Source: Sphagnum compactum | Lineage: Eukaryota | NCBI GenBank assembly: GCA_965153455.1 | Contig: OZ234493.1 | Coordinates: forward strand, 21,876,213 to 21,940,212 | Reading direction: 5' to 3' | DNA: 64,000 nt | Part shown: one piece after another, positions 13,490-25,100 of the stretch | How positions within the stretch are numbered: position 1 is the stretch's first letter | Layout: each line of letters opens with the position of its first letter | Position numbers and translations under genes: made by a program | The notes under the pieces: generated by a model | What the model was told of the DNA's origin: nothing | Databases searched by the model: none | The model's input: only the letters and a program-made list of their open reading frames with translations

Positions 13490-16209
13490 TCGTCACATCG
13501 TTTAGTACGTACATTTGTGTGATTGAGCATTGTTTCATGCCAATCTTTGAGCCGTTTGACACTATTTCCCAATCCATCTTCTACACGGCGTAACACCAAT
13601 CCTGGGTGTGAAATTGCATTTGCCTTTGTGAGGCGTATGTTACGAATATTACATGCCAATACTTTCATGTGTGAGGTGGCATGTTCACAAAGTGTCACAT
13701 CGCCTTCTTTACATTCATTTGTGATCTCTTGCATTGTAGTGACCAATTGTCCAAGAGCCCTTTCCATTGGGGTTATGAATTTATTGTTTCATTAGACCCT
13801 ACAATGGCACCCATAGGGAGATCATTTTGCTCCATGTTCATGAGCCCATCAAATTCCATGATCCCATCATCACCTTCAAGATGATCATCTTCGTCATCAT
13901 CATTGGACTCCATATCATTTGGAATATGTTGCGGGTCTACAAACATGTGACCCAACCCTCCACGATGTGATCCATACCATGTTCCACAATAATGAATGAT
14001 ATCCTCTTGAGAAATATCTGTGCATGTGAGAATGACCTTAATTTGGTGTTTACACATTTTCCCTCGCAATGCCCATTCGCATGTGCAACAAAACATTTCG
14101 GTGAATGGGAATTTCACCGTGTAAATAACATTGGGAAGGCGTTGGCTCCGTACGGCCCAAGTTCCATCACTCTCAAGGGTTGGTTGGTACACATGGCTGA
14201 GTGGAATAAGGGCTGCCATTTCCACACTTTGTGTAATAATGGCCTCCATAACCTTGTTTTTTATGAAACCCCTCTTTTTCATTTCCAATGTGTGCATGTA
14301 GTGGCGTGCAATGGTTGTTGTTAATCGCCACACCAACTAGTCAATCCTACGCCCTTTAAGGCCTTTTGTGTCAAGAGCAAACCAATGCTTCAATGCACCA
14401 TGATATGATTCAATGCTCGCTTGGTGTCTTGGTTGGAATGGGGCACTCTTCGAACACCCATCATCCATAATTCTACAAACATAAACACAATACATAAGGA
14501 TGAATAACATTATACAAAATAATTTTGAATGTTAAACCATGAAAAATATTATCACTTACCAAATTGATGGTAATAAGTCCAGAAATAGTTTGTCCACGCA
14601 TCACCAGGTCTATGTTTATGAAGGCTTTCTCTCATAGCAACCCTCCCACGCTCTTTGAAGTCATCAATTGTTTCTCCATGATTGATGGACATGTACATCA
14701 CATCATGAAGGTCTTGGAAGATTCCACCCCGCACTTCCACATCTTTGATTTTTTCAGTATCACGTAGGTGCCATGCTTTGAGAACATGCCAACAACAAAG
14801 GTAGATGGGAACCTTGTCCATACCCCATATGACCCTAATAAGGACACATATGCAATAAAATCTCCATGAGTGGATGGGGTTAGTAACCCATAAAATGCAT
14901 TTGAAGTAATCAAAAATTTTATGAAAGATATTAAAAAACATTTAAGGAAATAAACACAAAGTTGATACTAGGTATAAAACTAACCGTAATGCCTTCAATT
15001 CTTGAGGTGCATCATCAATGAGAAAACATGATGGTTTCCAATGTGGCATGTGTGATAACATCTTTTCTTTTAATGGTTTCAACCATTCGATCAAATCTTG
15101 AACTGTTTGCCTACTTATAATGATCTAGGCTAAAGGGACACCCGTGCGATGATCATCAAACCCCATCAAGGTGAATAGATGGAATTTCATGTCATTTGTG
15201 CCATATGTGGCATCCATAGAAATGGCACCATTGTGACCATATGATAGCATGGACTCGCATTGAGTTGGTGTTTGAATACCTATGGTGAATGGGACTTGAG
15301 TTCCGTTGATTTCACCAACATCTTGGAAAACAAACACATCTTCCGGATGTTGGAAAGCCCAAGACCAAATTGAAATTGCAGGGTTAGTGTGTAAACGCCA
15401 ACTCCCTTTCTTATGATTCCGATCCGAATATGCAATGTCTTGAAGCCGAATGAAATCATCTCGTGTCATGCTTTGACCTGCATTCACACGTTCCCACCAA
15501 ATTGCTTTATGCTTGTCATATATTTGTTTGGTCGTGTAACCTAAGCTTAGTTAGGCCCATATGTGGTTTTTCAATGCTTGTGACATGCGTGGAGCATAAC
15601 GAGACATACGAGAAATGGACTCTGGGTCATGCTCACCATGTGCGAATGACCCATCAATTCATGTATGGGCCTTATGATAAATTGTGATCTCAGCCACATC
15701 AGGTTGTGTGTATAGACGTTTGACTGAAAATGACGCTAGGCATCCTCGTTTAATAAATCGAATGTGGGTTGAATTTTCTCGATAGTCCTCTGGTCCATAT
15801 CCGCATTGGTACCTAAACCAAAAAACTTTCAAAACATAAATGATTACATCTTTAATATATGAATTATAGAAATTAAAAAGGTTAATGCCATAAATGTTTA
15901 CCATGTATGCCCGAGGTGGTTTTTGATAGTTGGTTGCTTGACATCCGTTTGGCTTGGAAAGTTTTTGTAAACATTCCATTCCACAGGGGTGCTTGTATCC
16001 CCTCGTTCACCTTCCAAGAATTCCGAAACGCGAGCATATGGAACATAAGAAAATTGAATGGTCATTTTATTTTGCCCTCCATGGCGTATCCCAAACGTCC
16101 ACACCAAGTCTTTGTTTGAGAAAGGGGACTTGGTGGGGTTTTGGACATGAATGGAATGGGACTTTGGAACCCTTCCCATGGTTGAAGGAAGTAGGACAAA
16201 TTCCTGCAC
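13486..16209 (-). pseudogene. MULE (MuDR-family) transposase with SWIM zinc finger, decayed
   Basis: N-terminal YQCGYGPED...KRGCLASFSV...HKAH; ISMDATYGTND...FTLMGFDDHRTGVPLA (first D); CFLIDDAPQE (second D); CCWHVLKAW (CxxH); SIESYHGALK (E); CTCEWALRGKMCKH (SWIM). Has introns, in-frame stops and frameshifts. Confidence 0.92.
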
Positions 16210-16499
16210 TAAAAGAATTTATAATTCTCTAAACATTCATCATTGAACAAAAACCCAAAATGCAATACATACATGGTTCTTTTAAAATCAATTTTGTGAC
16301 TTGGAATTCCCATTACAACACCCATATCATGATATAAAATACCTACTATTCCAATGTACATAACGTACAATACTTGCATTATGAACCCATATACTAAAAC
16401 AAACTTTGGCAATACCCACATTGAGCTATTAAACCTCCCATCATTGAAAATGTTCACATATGCAATACCCGTATTGTACCTTAAACCCATAATGTCTGA

Positions 16500-18362
16500 A
16501 AACCCCATGTAGCAATACTCACATAATGATAATTTATGCACAATGTTTGAGAGGTGCAAAATGCAATACCTACCTTAAGCCATAAAACCCACATTGGTTG
16601 TGGGTAGTCAATGCATTATTCGCATATGGCTATGAAAAAATAAACTACAAAGAGATATTGAATATGAAATATCCGTGTAAAGGTATAAAACCTTTATTTA
16701 TGGTTGTATACTGAATGAAACTTGATGCCCTTTCTATATCCAATAACTAGGAAATGAAAAGAGGTTGAATTGTGAAAATATAAACAAAAAAACAAAAGAA
16801 GTAACAAGAGACAAATGCATACCTTTAAGAATAAAAGATGACAATGTTCCACCAAAGTTTATAGTCCCAATTGAAAACGTAACCCTAAAAAATCATAATT
16901 CATACAAAAGTGGGTTAAAAAATATTAAACTCTAGCAACTATGGAACATAGGAAACAAAGAAGATTCATAATTATGGTATAGATCTAAACAAGTGAAAAG
17001 ATAAAAACCAATACAATGAGCAAAATTTAAAATATAAACCTTAGGTTCTGAAATATATGAACCAAATTCCTATACATTAAATAATAAAGCAGAACCCTAA
17101 AAATCCAAATGATATTTTGCAAAACCCCATGTAGCAATACTCACATAATGATAATTAATGCACACTGTTTAAGAAGAGCAAAATGCAATACCTGCCTTAA
17201 GCCATAAAACACACACTGGTTGTGGGTAGTCAATGCATTATTCGCATATGGCTATGAAAAAATAAACTACAAAGAGATATTGAATTCAAAATATCCATGT
17301 AAAAGTATAAAACCTTTATTTATGGATGTATACTTCAAGAAACTTGATGCCCTTTCTATATCCAATAACTAGGAAATGAAAAGAGGTTGAATTGTGAAAA
17401 TATAAACAAAAAAACAAAAGAAATAACAAGAGACAAATGCATACCTTTAAGAATAAAAGATGACAACGTTCCACCAAATTTTGTAGTCCCAATTGAAAAC
17501 GTAACCCTAAAAAATCATAATTCATACAAAAATGGGTTAGAAAATATTAAACTCTAGCAACTATGGAACATAGGAAACAAAGAAGATTCATAATTATGGT
17601 ATAGATCTAAACAAGTGAAAAGATAAAAACCAATACAATGAGCAAAATTTAAAATATAAACCTTAGGTTCTGAAATATATGAACCAAATTCCTATACATT
17701 AAATAATAAAGCATAACCCTAAAAATCCAAATGATATTTTGCAAAACCCCATGTAGCAATACCCACATAATGATAATTAATGCACACTGTTTAAGAAGAG
17801 CAAAATGCAATACCTGCCTTAAGCCATAAAACACACACTGGTTGTGGGTAATCAATGCATTATTCGCATATGGCTATGAAAAAATAAACTACAAAGAGAT
17901 ATTGAATTCAAAATATCCATGTAAAAGTATAAAACCTTTATTTATGGTTGTATACTTCAAGAAACTTGATGCCCTTTCTATATCCAATAACTAGGAAATG
18001 AAAAGAGGTTGAATTGTGAAAATATAAAAAAAAAACAAAAGAAATAACAAGAGACAAATGCATACCTTTAAGAATAAAAGATGACAACGTTCCACCAAAT
18101 TTTGTAGTCCCAATTGAAAACGTAACCCTAAAAAATCATAACTCATACAAAAATGGGTTAGAAAATATTAAACTCTAGCAACTATGGAACATAGGAAACA
18201 AAGGAGATTCATAATTATGGTATAGATCTAAACAAGTGAAAAGATAAAAACCAATACAATGAGCAAAATTTAGAGTATAAACCTTAAGTTCTGAAATATG
18301 TGAACCAAATTCTTATACACTAAAGAATACAGCAAACCTTAAAAATCCAAATGATATTTTTC
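16500..18362. repeat. ~622-bp tandem triplication inside the MULE
   Basis: aaccccatgtagcaatac...cataatgataatt recurs at ~16501, ~17124 and ~17746 with colinear intervening sequence. Confidence 0.93.
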
Positions 18363-19143
18363 CATAAGCCTTATTACAACCCTAATTATACAAACCCTAA
18401 CAAAAAAACGTCTTAGTGATATATGCCCTAAACCTAAAAAACTATACAAATTATATAATGCAAAATATGTTAATATTTAAAAACAATCAAATAAATTTCA
18501 TACAAAACCAAAAGAGAAGATATGTCTTTTGCCTTTGTGTGATCTCTCCAACTTAATTTTTTCCACTCTTTTTGAAGAAGATTTACAATGTAATTGCATT
18601 ACTTCACATATGTGTAAACCCTAAAAATTTCCCCCCAAATTTAGCCTACTTTAGATTAATTACTATACATTTGTGAAAACTTATTAATTAATTTATGTGT
18701 CTCAGCCCTAAACCTAAACCATAATCCAATAGTACATACTTATAATAATTACATGAAAAGAGTATTGTAATGTCCATTCAATAATAAATTAAGTAAACAA
18801 AATTTAGTAGGATTGAGGGGGTGGGGTGGGGTGGAAAAAATGAGTAGGTAATTAATTAGGTATTTGGCTATGTAAAAAACATAGATAGATAGGTAGTTAG
18901 GTAGATAGGCAAGTTAGTACATAAGAAACAAATTACATTATCAAGGTGACTAGGTTTGTAAAATACTTATGTCAATAAGGTGGTTGAATATGTAGGGTAG
19001 ATAATTAGTATAGTGGTTAAGTTAGTAGGGTATGTAATTAATAAGGTAGCTAGGTTAGTAGGGTAGGTGGTTAGTACAATAGCTAGGTCAATAGGATAAC
19101 TAGTTATTAGGGTAGTTGTGTCAGTAGGGGATAAGAAATAAGG

Positions 19144-19908
19144 TACAAAATGCAGGTATTGCATTTAGGGTAGGATTTTCGTATAAAGAAGGCTTAAACC
19201 CCACATGCGTATTTTTGGTGTGACCCAAAATGCAGGTATTGCATTTAGGGTAGGATCTTCATATAAAGAAGCTTAAACCCTACATGCGTCCTTTCGGAGT
19301 GGCCCAAATTGCAAGTATTGCATTTAGGGTTGGGTTATTTCAAAGTGATTTTGCATGTGCATATTGTGTTTAGGGCTAGGTCTTCACTTAAAGGTATCCA
19401 AACCATTTAGATGGGTGTTTTTGAAACGTGGTTATTGCATTTAGGCTTGTTTTTTCATTTCAACTTGAAATACCCAAACTTATACTTACCTCTACCAACT
19501 GGAATTTTGGGGTTTCGTTGCAATACCTACACTCATACTTACCTTTACCAACTGGAATTTTGGGGTTTCGTTGCAATACCTACACTCGTACTTACCTTTA
19601 CCAACTGGAATTTTGGGGTATTACTTGCACTTGTATTTATTTTTACCAACTGGGATTTTGGGGCCTAATTATAATACCTGCATTTAACACTAATATTATC
19701 ATTATCCTTGTGTTTTTGCATTTCACACTTTTTGTGTTTATTACTTGGAAACAATAATAAGCTTTGTGCCATATTAGACTTCATGTGTGTGTTGAATACA
19801 TGATGTTCAAAGAATTTGGGCTATGGTTTCCTCCATACAAAATTGATTCTAAAACAAAAAATTTAGTGCCAATGGCAACAATCTTGATTAGTAATTAAGA
19901 CATTTATT
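19144..19908. repeat. ~0.8 kb internal direct repeat B (paralog of 12683-13489)
   Basis: Same motif units and the same unique tail ending gattagtaatt...acatttatt. Confidence 0.85.
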
Positions 19909-21024
19909 AAAGTAAAATATTAGTTTTGAAATATATGAACCAAATTCCTATACATTAAATCATAAAGCATAACCCTACAAATCCAAATGATATTTTGCCA
20001 TAAGCCTTATTACAACCCTAACTATACAAACCCTAACAAAAAAAAGATTTAGTGATATATGCCCTAAACCCAAAAAACTATACAAACTATACAAATCATA
20101 TAATGCAAAATAAACAAATTTAAAAGAACATAGGAAAAAATTTAGAAACCAAAATTCAAAGGTTTTAAATTATAAATATTTATTAATTGAAAGAAAATAC
20201 GTTAATCTTTAAAAATAATCAAATAAATTTTGTACAAAACCAAAAAAGAAGATATGTCTTTTACCTTTGTGTGATTTTTCCAACCTAATTTTCCACTTTT
20301 TTTGAAGAAGGTATAAAATGCAATTGTATTACTTCACATATGTGTAAACCCTAATTTCCCCCCAAATTTAGCCTACTTTAAATTAATTACTATACATTTA
20401 TGAAAAACTTATCAATTAATTTATGTGTCTCAACCCTAAACCTAATGGTTAAGTTAGTAGGGTATGTAATTAATAGAGTAGCTAGGTTAGTAGGGTAGAT
20501 GGTTAGTACAGTAGCTTGGTTAGTGGTGTGACCCAAAATGCAAGTATTGCATTTAGGGTATGATCTTCGTATAAAGATGCTTACACCCCACATGCGTACT
20601 TTCAAAATGGCCCAAAATGCAGGTATTGCATTTAGAGTAGGATCTTCGTATAAAGAAGCTTGAACCCCACATGCGTACTTTCAAAATGGCCCAAAATGCA
20701 GGTATCGCATTTAGGGTAGGGTTTTTAGGGTAGGGTATGTAATTGATAGGGTAGCTAGGTTAGTAGGGTAGGTGGTTAGTACAGTAGCTAGGTCAATAGG
20801 ATAACTAGTTATTAAGGTAAGGTACCAAGGTTGGTGCAGTACTTATGAAGGTAGAAAAGTGAGCAAGGTAGCTATGTGTGAGGTCAGGTCCAGGGAAAAA
20901 CGACCAAGAACCAAAAAAAAAAGTACAATGGTCAGTAGCAAAAAGAAATGGACTATCATGAACCCCATCCGACGCCGAATGAAAAAATGCAAGGCATCCA
21001 GTGGACAGAACGGCCAACTGGTGC

Positions 21025-21770
21025 ATTGGCTGCTGTCGTCGCCTTCTTCCTCTTCTTCTTGCTGCAACAAAACAAAACAAAAAGGAGTTGCTGTCCCTTC
21101 TGCCTTCCAAAAAAAAACAAGAAAAGAAGGCGTCGTCGCCTTGTGCGATGCAAAAAAAAGAAGAAGAAGAAGAAGGCAACGGCAACGTCACCTTCTTCTT
21201 TTTCTTGCTGCAACAAAACAAAGAAAACAAAGAAAAGAAGGGGACGGCAGCAAAGTCGCCTTCTTCTTCTTGCTGTAACAAAACAAAAACAAAAAGAAGG
21301 GGACGGCAGCTGCCATCCCCTTCTACCTTCCAAAAAAAAACCAAAGCAGTTGCCTTCTTCTTCTTCTTGCTGCAACAAAACAAAAACAAAAAGAAGGGGA
21401 CGGTAGTTGCCGTCCCCTTCTGCCTTCCAAAAAAAACCAGAGAAGAAAGCGATGAAAGCAAAGCTGTCATCGCCTTCTTCTTCTTGCTGCAACAAAACAA
21501 AACAAAAAGAAGGGGACGGCAGCTGCCATCCCCTTCTGCCTTCCAAAAAACCCAGAGAAGAAAGCTGTCGTCGCCTTCTTCTTCTTCTTGCTGCAACAAA
21601 ACAAAACAAAAAGAAGGGGACGGCAACAAGCCATCCCCTTCTGCGATGCAAAAAAAAGAAGAAGAAGAAGAAGAAGGCGACGGCAATGTCGCCTTCTTCT
21701 TCTTCTTGCTACAACAAAACAAAGAAAAGAAGGAGAGGGCAGCAAGTCGTCGCCTTCTTCGCGACGCTAC
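21025..21770. repeat. Array of imperfect hairpin units (GAAGGGGACGGCAGCTGCCATCCCCTTC / GAAGGCGACG...CGCCTTC) separated by TTGCTGCAACAAAACAAAA linkers (right end of MULE)
   Basis: About a dozen related inverted-repeat units; same family as 8536-9085. Confidence 0.9.
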
Positions 21771-21898
21771 ATCAAAAAATAAAGTTGAAAGAAGGTAAAA
21801 AAGCTTACCTTGAAGCTTGGAAGTGGAAGCTCGGGCTCTGACGCTCATGCTCTCGCTCTGGCTCTGGTGCTCCCGCTCCGGCTCTGGCGATGGCAATC

Positions 21899-22005
21899 GG
21901 AGGTAGGAGGGGGGAGGTAGGTGGGAGGTAGGAGGGGGTAGGTAGGAGGTAGGAGGGGGGAGGTAGGTAAGAGGTAGGAGGTAGGTGGGAGGTAGGTAGG
22001 TAGGA
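21899..22005 (+). repeat. G-rich AGGT/AGGAGGGGGG low-complexity repeat
   Basis: Direct reading of the sequence. Confidence 0.85.
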
Positions 22006-22170
22006 GAGAAATGTTTTGGGGCAGAGTAGAGGCGGGAAAAAATATATATATTTGAGCAGGGAGGATGTGGTTTTGGTTCATCCCAAAACGGCTTCAACGG
22101 CCTCATCCTCAACTGGTGCATTGGTGGCTGCTGGTTCACTCCAGCCCTGACCCTACCAACCTCCCACAAT

Positions 22171-25100
22171 TTGGCAAACGCTCACTGACCATCTGTAGGC
22201 ATTTGCGATGAATGTTGTGGAACGGACAATGAGATAAGTGTAAAGTAAAGGTTGGCATATACACTCTTACCAAGCAGCCTCTCCAGGTTGCTTACCCTAC
22301 CAACCTCCCACAATTTCAGCCCCATCGGTATGTTTTTCCTTAGCATGAATTAGGTGGGAATCTTAGGACATAAATCAATGCAAACTTTGAGGCAGTATTT
22401 CCTTCCAAATTCCAATTTTGGAGCATCCTTTTTCCCCAATACAAAAGTTAAATTCAGCATCATTCCCAACTTGTCTTTTCTTGGGAATTTGTTGGCTCTG
22501 CCCAGGGGACCAGGCATACATCGTCTGAGGAGGTGGGATCACTTGCATACAGAAACTTGGAGTAGCTACCCTTGTAACAGGGGCTGCAAATTCAAAATCA
22601 AGGAAATGTAAGTTTAGATTCAAAGAATGAGGAAACAGCTTTACTTCATTATACTACTGCAGGTGACATTCCATTATATCTTAAGCATGCATGGGACACA
22701 AACTTCTAGTGTTGCTGCAACCATGAAGAATTAACAATCAAAGAAAACCAAAAGCTTGTGACATGCAATGTTTTTTGACTGCTTGAAGTATTTTTGTTGA
22801 TGTAGGATTAACAGGCAACAAGTTAGCAACATTGGTCCAGAGTTGACAATTTTCAAAGTATGGTTGGAATTATCTTTGAGAATAATAGTTGTGGTGGAAA
22901 CTTTTAGAAAGAATAGCCTAATAGTCTGCATTAGAAAAATAGTTATAATCCAAGCAAGCCTTTGTTAAATTTCTTAAACAGAAAAACATGAGAGATAAGA
23001 AGAGGTGTGCTAATAACTGTTAGGACAATTGAAATGTGGAACATTACACGTGTTATAGGATGCTCTTTATGAATGAAGAAAATAATTAGTGTTGGCCGGT
23101 TCTAGTAACTGGGTACCTGGATCATGGGTGTTTAATTTTTTTTAAAAAAATTCAGAACTGGAAACTAGAAATGGGAACCAGTCAGCAACCAGAACCAAAA
23201 CTGGGAACCGGCCCCCAATTAAAACCAGACTCAGAACCAGAACTGACCCTAAACTCATTGCATGGAATTTTCGGTTCTTCATTTTTCCAAAATAGAAAAT
23301 AAAAAATTCAAGTTTGAAAGTTTTTTTTTTCCCTCTTCCTGACTGGTGTTAGACATGTTATTAGTTTCAAAAAAAATTTGGGGTTTGGAATAATAACATC
23401 ACCAATTTTTGAATAATAATAATTTGGGTTGGGGTGAGGGTGGCATTAGGCATGTTGATTTTAGGTCTGGAAAAAGTTTCAAATATGCAATATTGAGAAA
23501 TTTTAATTTTAATTTAATTTAACTTTTTTTGCATCTAAGCATGTTTGATATATGTGGTCACATTTCATTGGTGATACAGTGCTAGTACCTAGAAAAATTC
23601 AGTTTTGGACTCTTTGTAGCTAGGTAAAATTAGATCCAATTTAGAACTGGCGTCATTTAAGAATTTATTTATAAAGAATTGGGGGTCTTGAAATGTGAAG
23701 AAACTGGAACTGGACCAGAGGTTCTATAATATATTCTTTAAAATCCTTGAACAAGAAACCAGGGTTCTTCCAAAAAACCGGTTTTCACTTACTTTTTATT
23801 TTCACACGCTGTGGTTTTTCCTCGCTCAAGAGTCGGGTACGTACTAGGATTTAATGAGTAAATAAAAAAGCCTCACGTAAAGGCCGGCTTTTACAAATGC
23901 AAAGTTTTCGAACCTTCCTTGCTGCTTTCCTTGGACCGTGTCAATCTCCAATTCTTCGCTTCTTCGACAGTCTGCAACTTGTTGCACTCGTAGGCGCGTA
24001 ATCAAACTATTTCACAAAAATGCTCCCTACTTGCAGTACCTTATACCTCCAAAACCACTCCGTCTCTTACCGGCTCATACTCGCACCCGGCTGCTCCATC
24101 TCTTGGGTCTGAAGTTTGTTTGCAAATCAACTTTCCGCAGAATGGATCGTTGTTTGCTTATTGTCACAGTCGATTTGTGTCCGGTATAGAATCTAGTCTA
24201 CATGATTTTTTCTCCTGCCTTTGCATTTTCATTTTCAGTATCTTGTTTTGTTTAGAGAGAGCGATAGCATGTTGTCTGCTGATTCGGAGTTTTGTTGCAA
24301 GGTCCCTGTCATGGACGTTGTCCGATGATCAACTTTCATGCAAAATTTCAGCTTTTTTTTTGTGCAATGAAGTGTTCTAGGGTCAAAACTTTCCATTGTG
24401 CAAAGTGGCACAAACTGTCTGTGTACATGTTGGGGTTTAGGTGTAAGAGCCTACTCGTGGGTTGAGGAATCCCTCACATCCTCCACGGACCAGTTTCCGG
24501 TTTTTACTGTTTCTGTCGCCATGCCATCTAGTCCACACGGTGTGGTTTTTCCTCCACTCAAGAGTCACTAGGGTTTAATGAGCAAAAGGCCTCAAGTACA
24601 GGCCGGCTTTTCCACATACAAATTTCGGAGCCTTCCTTTTGCCTTCCTCTCACGTCACCATCTCCAATTCCTCGCTCCTTCGGCAGCAGCCATGGCATCT
24701 TGTCCATACCGTGTAGTTTTCACTCCTGTCAAGAGTGGGGTAGGGTGTAATGAGTAAAAGTCTGAAGTAAAGGCTGGCTCTTACGTATACACAGTTTCTG
24801 AGACTTCCTTGCTGCTTTCCCTGTACCTTCACAGTTTACAATTCCTCCCATCTTAGGCAATAGTACACTCTGCATCTTGTCGACTTTTGCGCTAGTTATG
24901 GACCTCTTCGACAGAAATGCTCTGAACCTGCAGTACCTGACACCTCCAAAACTCGCCGTCTTCCAGCTAATACTCACACCCGGCTGCTCCGTCTCTTGGA
25001 TCTGAAGCTTGTTTGCAAATCAGGTTTGCTCGGAATGGGTCGTCTTTCTATTTACACTTTCTGTGTCTGTTTTTTTAGAGAGAGTGATGACATCCTCCAC

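Larger units (their letters stand above)
8536..22147 (-). mobile_element. Large Mutator-like DNA transposon (MULE) with two convergent genes; left end apparently truncated
   Basis: Lies between the two duplication copies. Contains a MULE/SWIM transposase (-), an accessory gene (+), related hairpin arrays at both ends and internal tandem repeats. No TSD identified. Confidence 0.8.

Noticed and set aside
21025-21770. CRISPR-like appearance (palindromic repeats with spacers)
   Set aside because: Eukaryotic context, spacers are themselves repetitive, units are degenerate and there are no cas genes.
20805-22169. 454-aa minus-strand ORF and overlapping ORFs in all frames
   Set aside because: Low-complexity translations of the hairpin and A-tract array; stop-poor by composition, with no protein-like signal.
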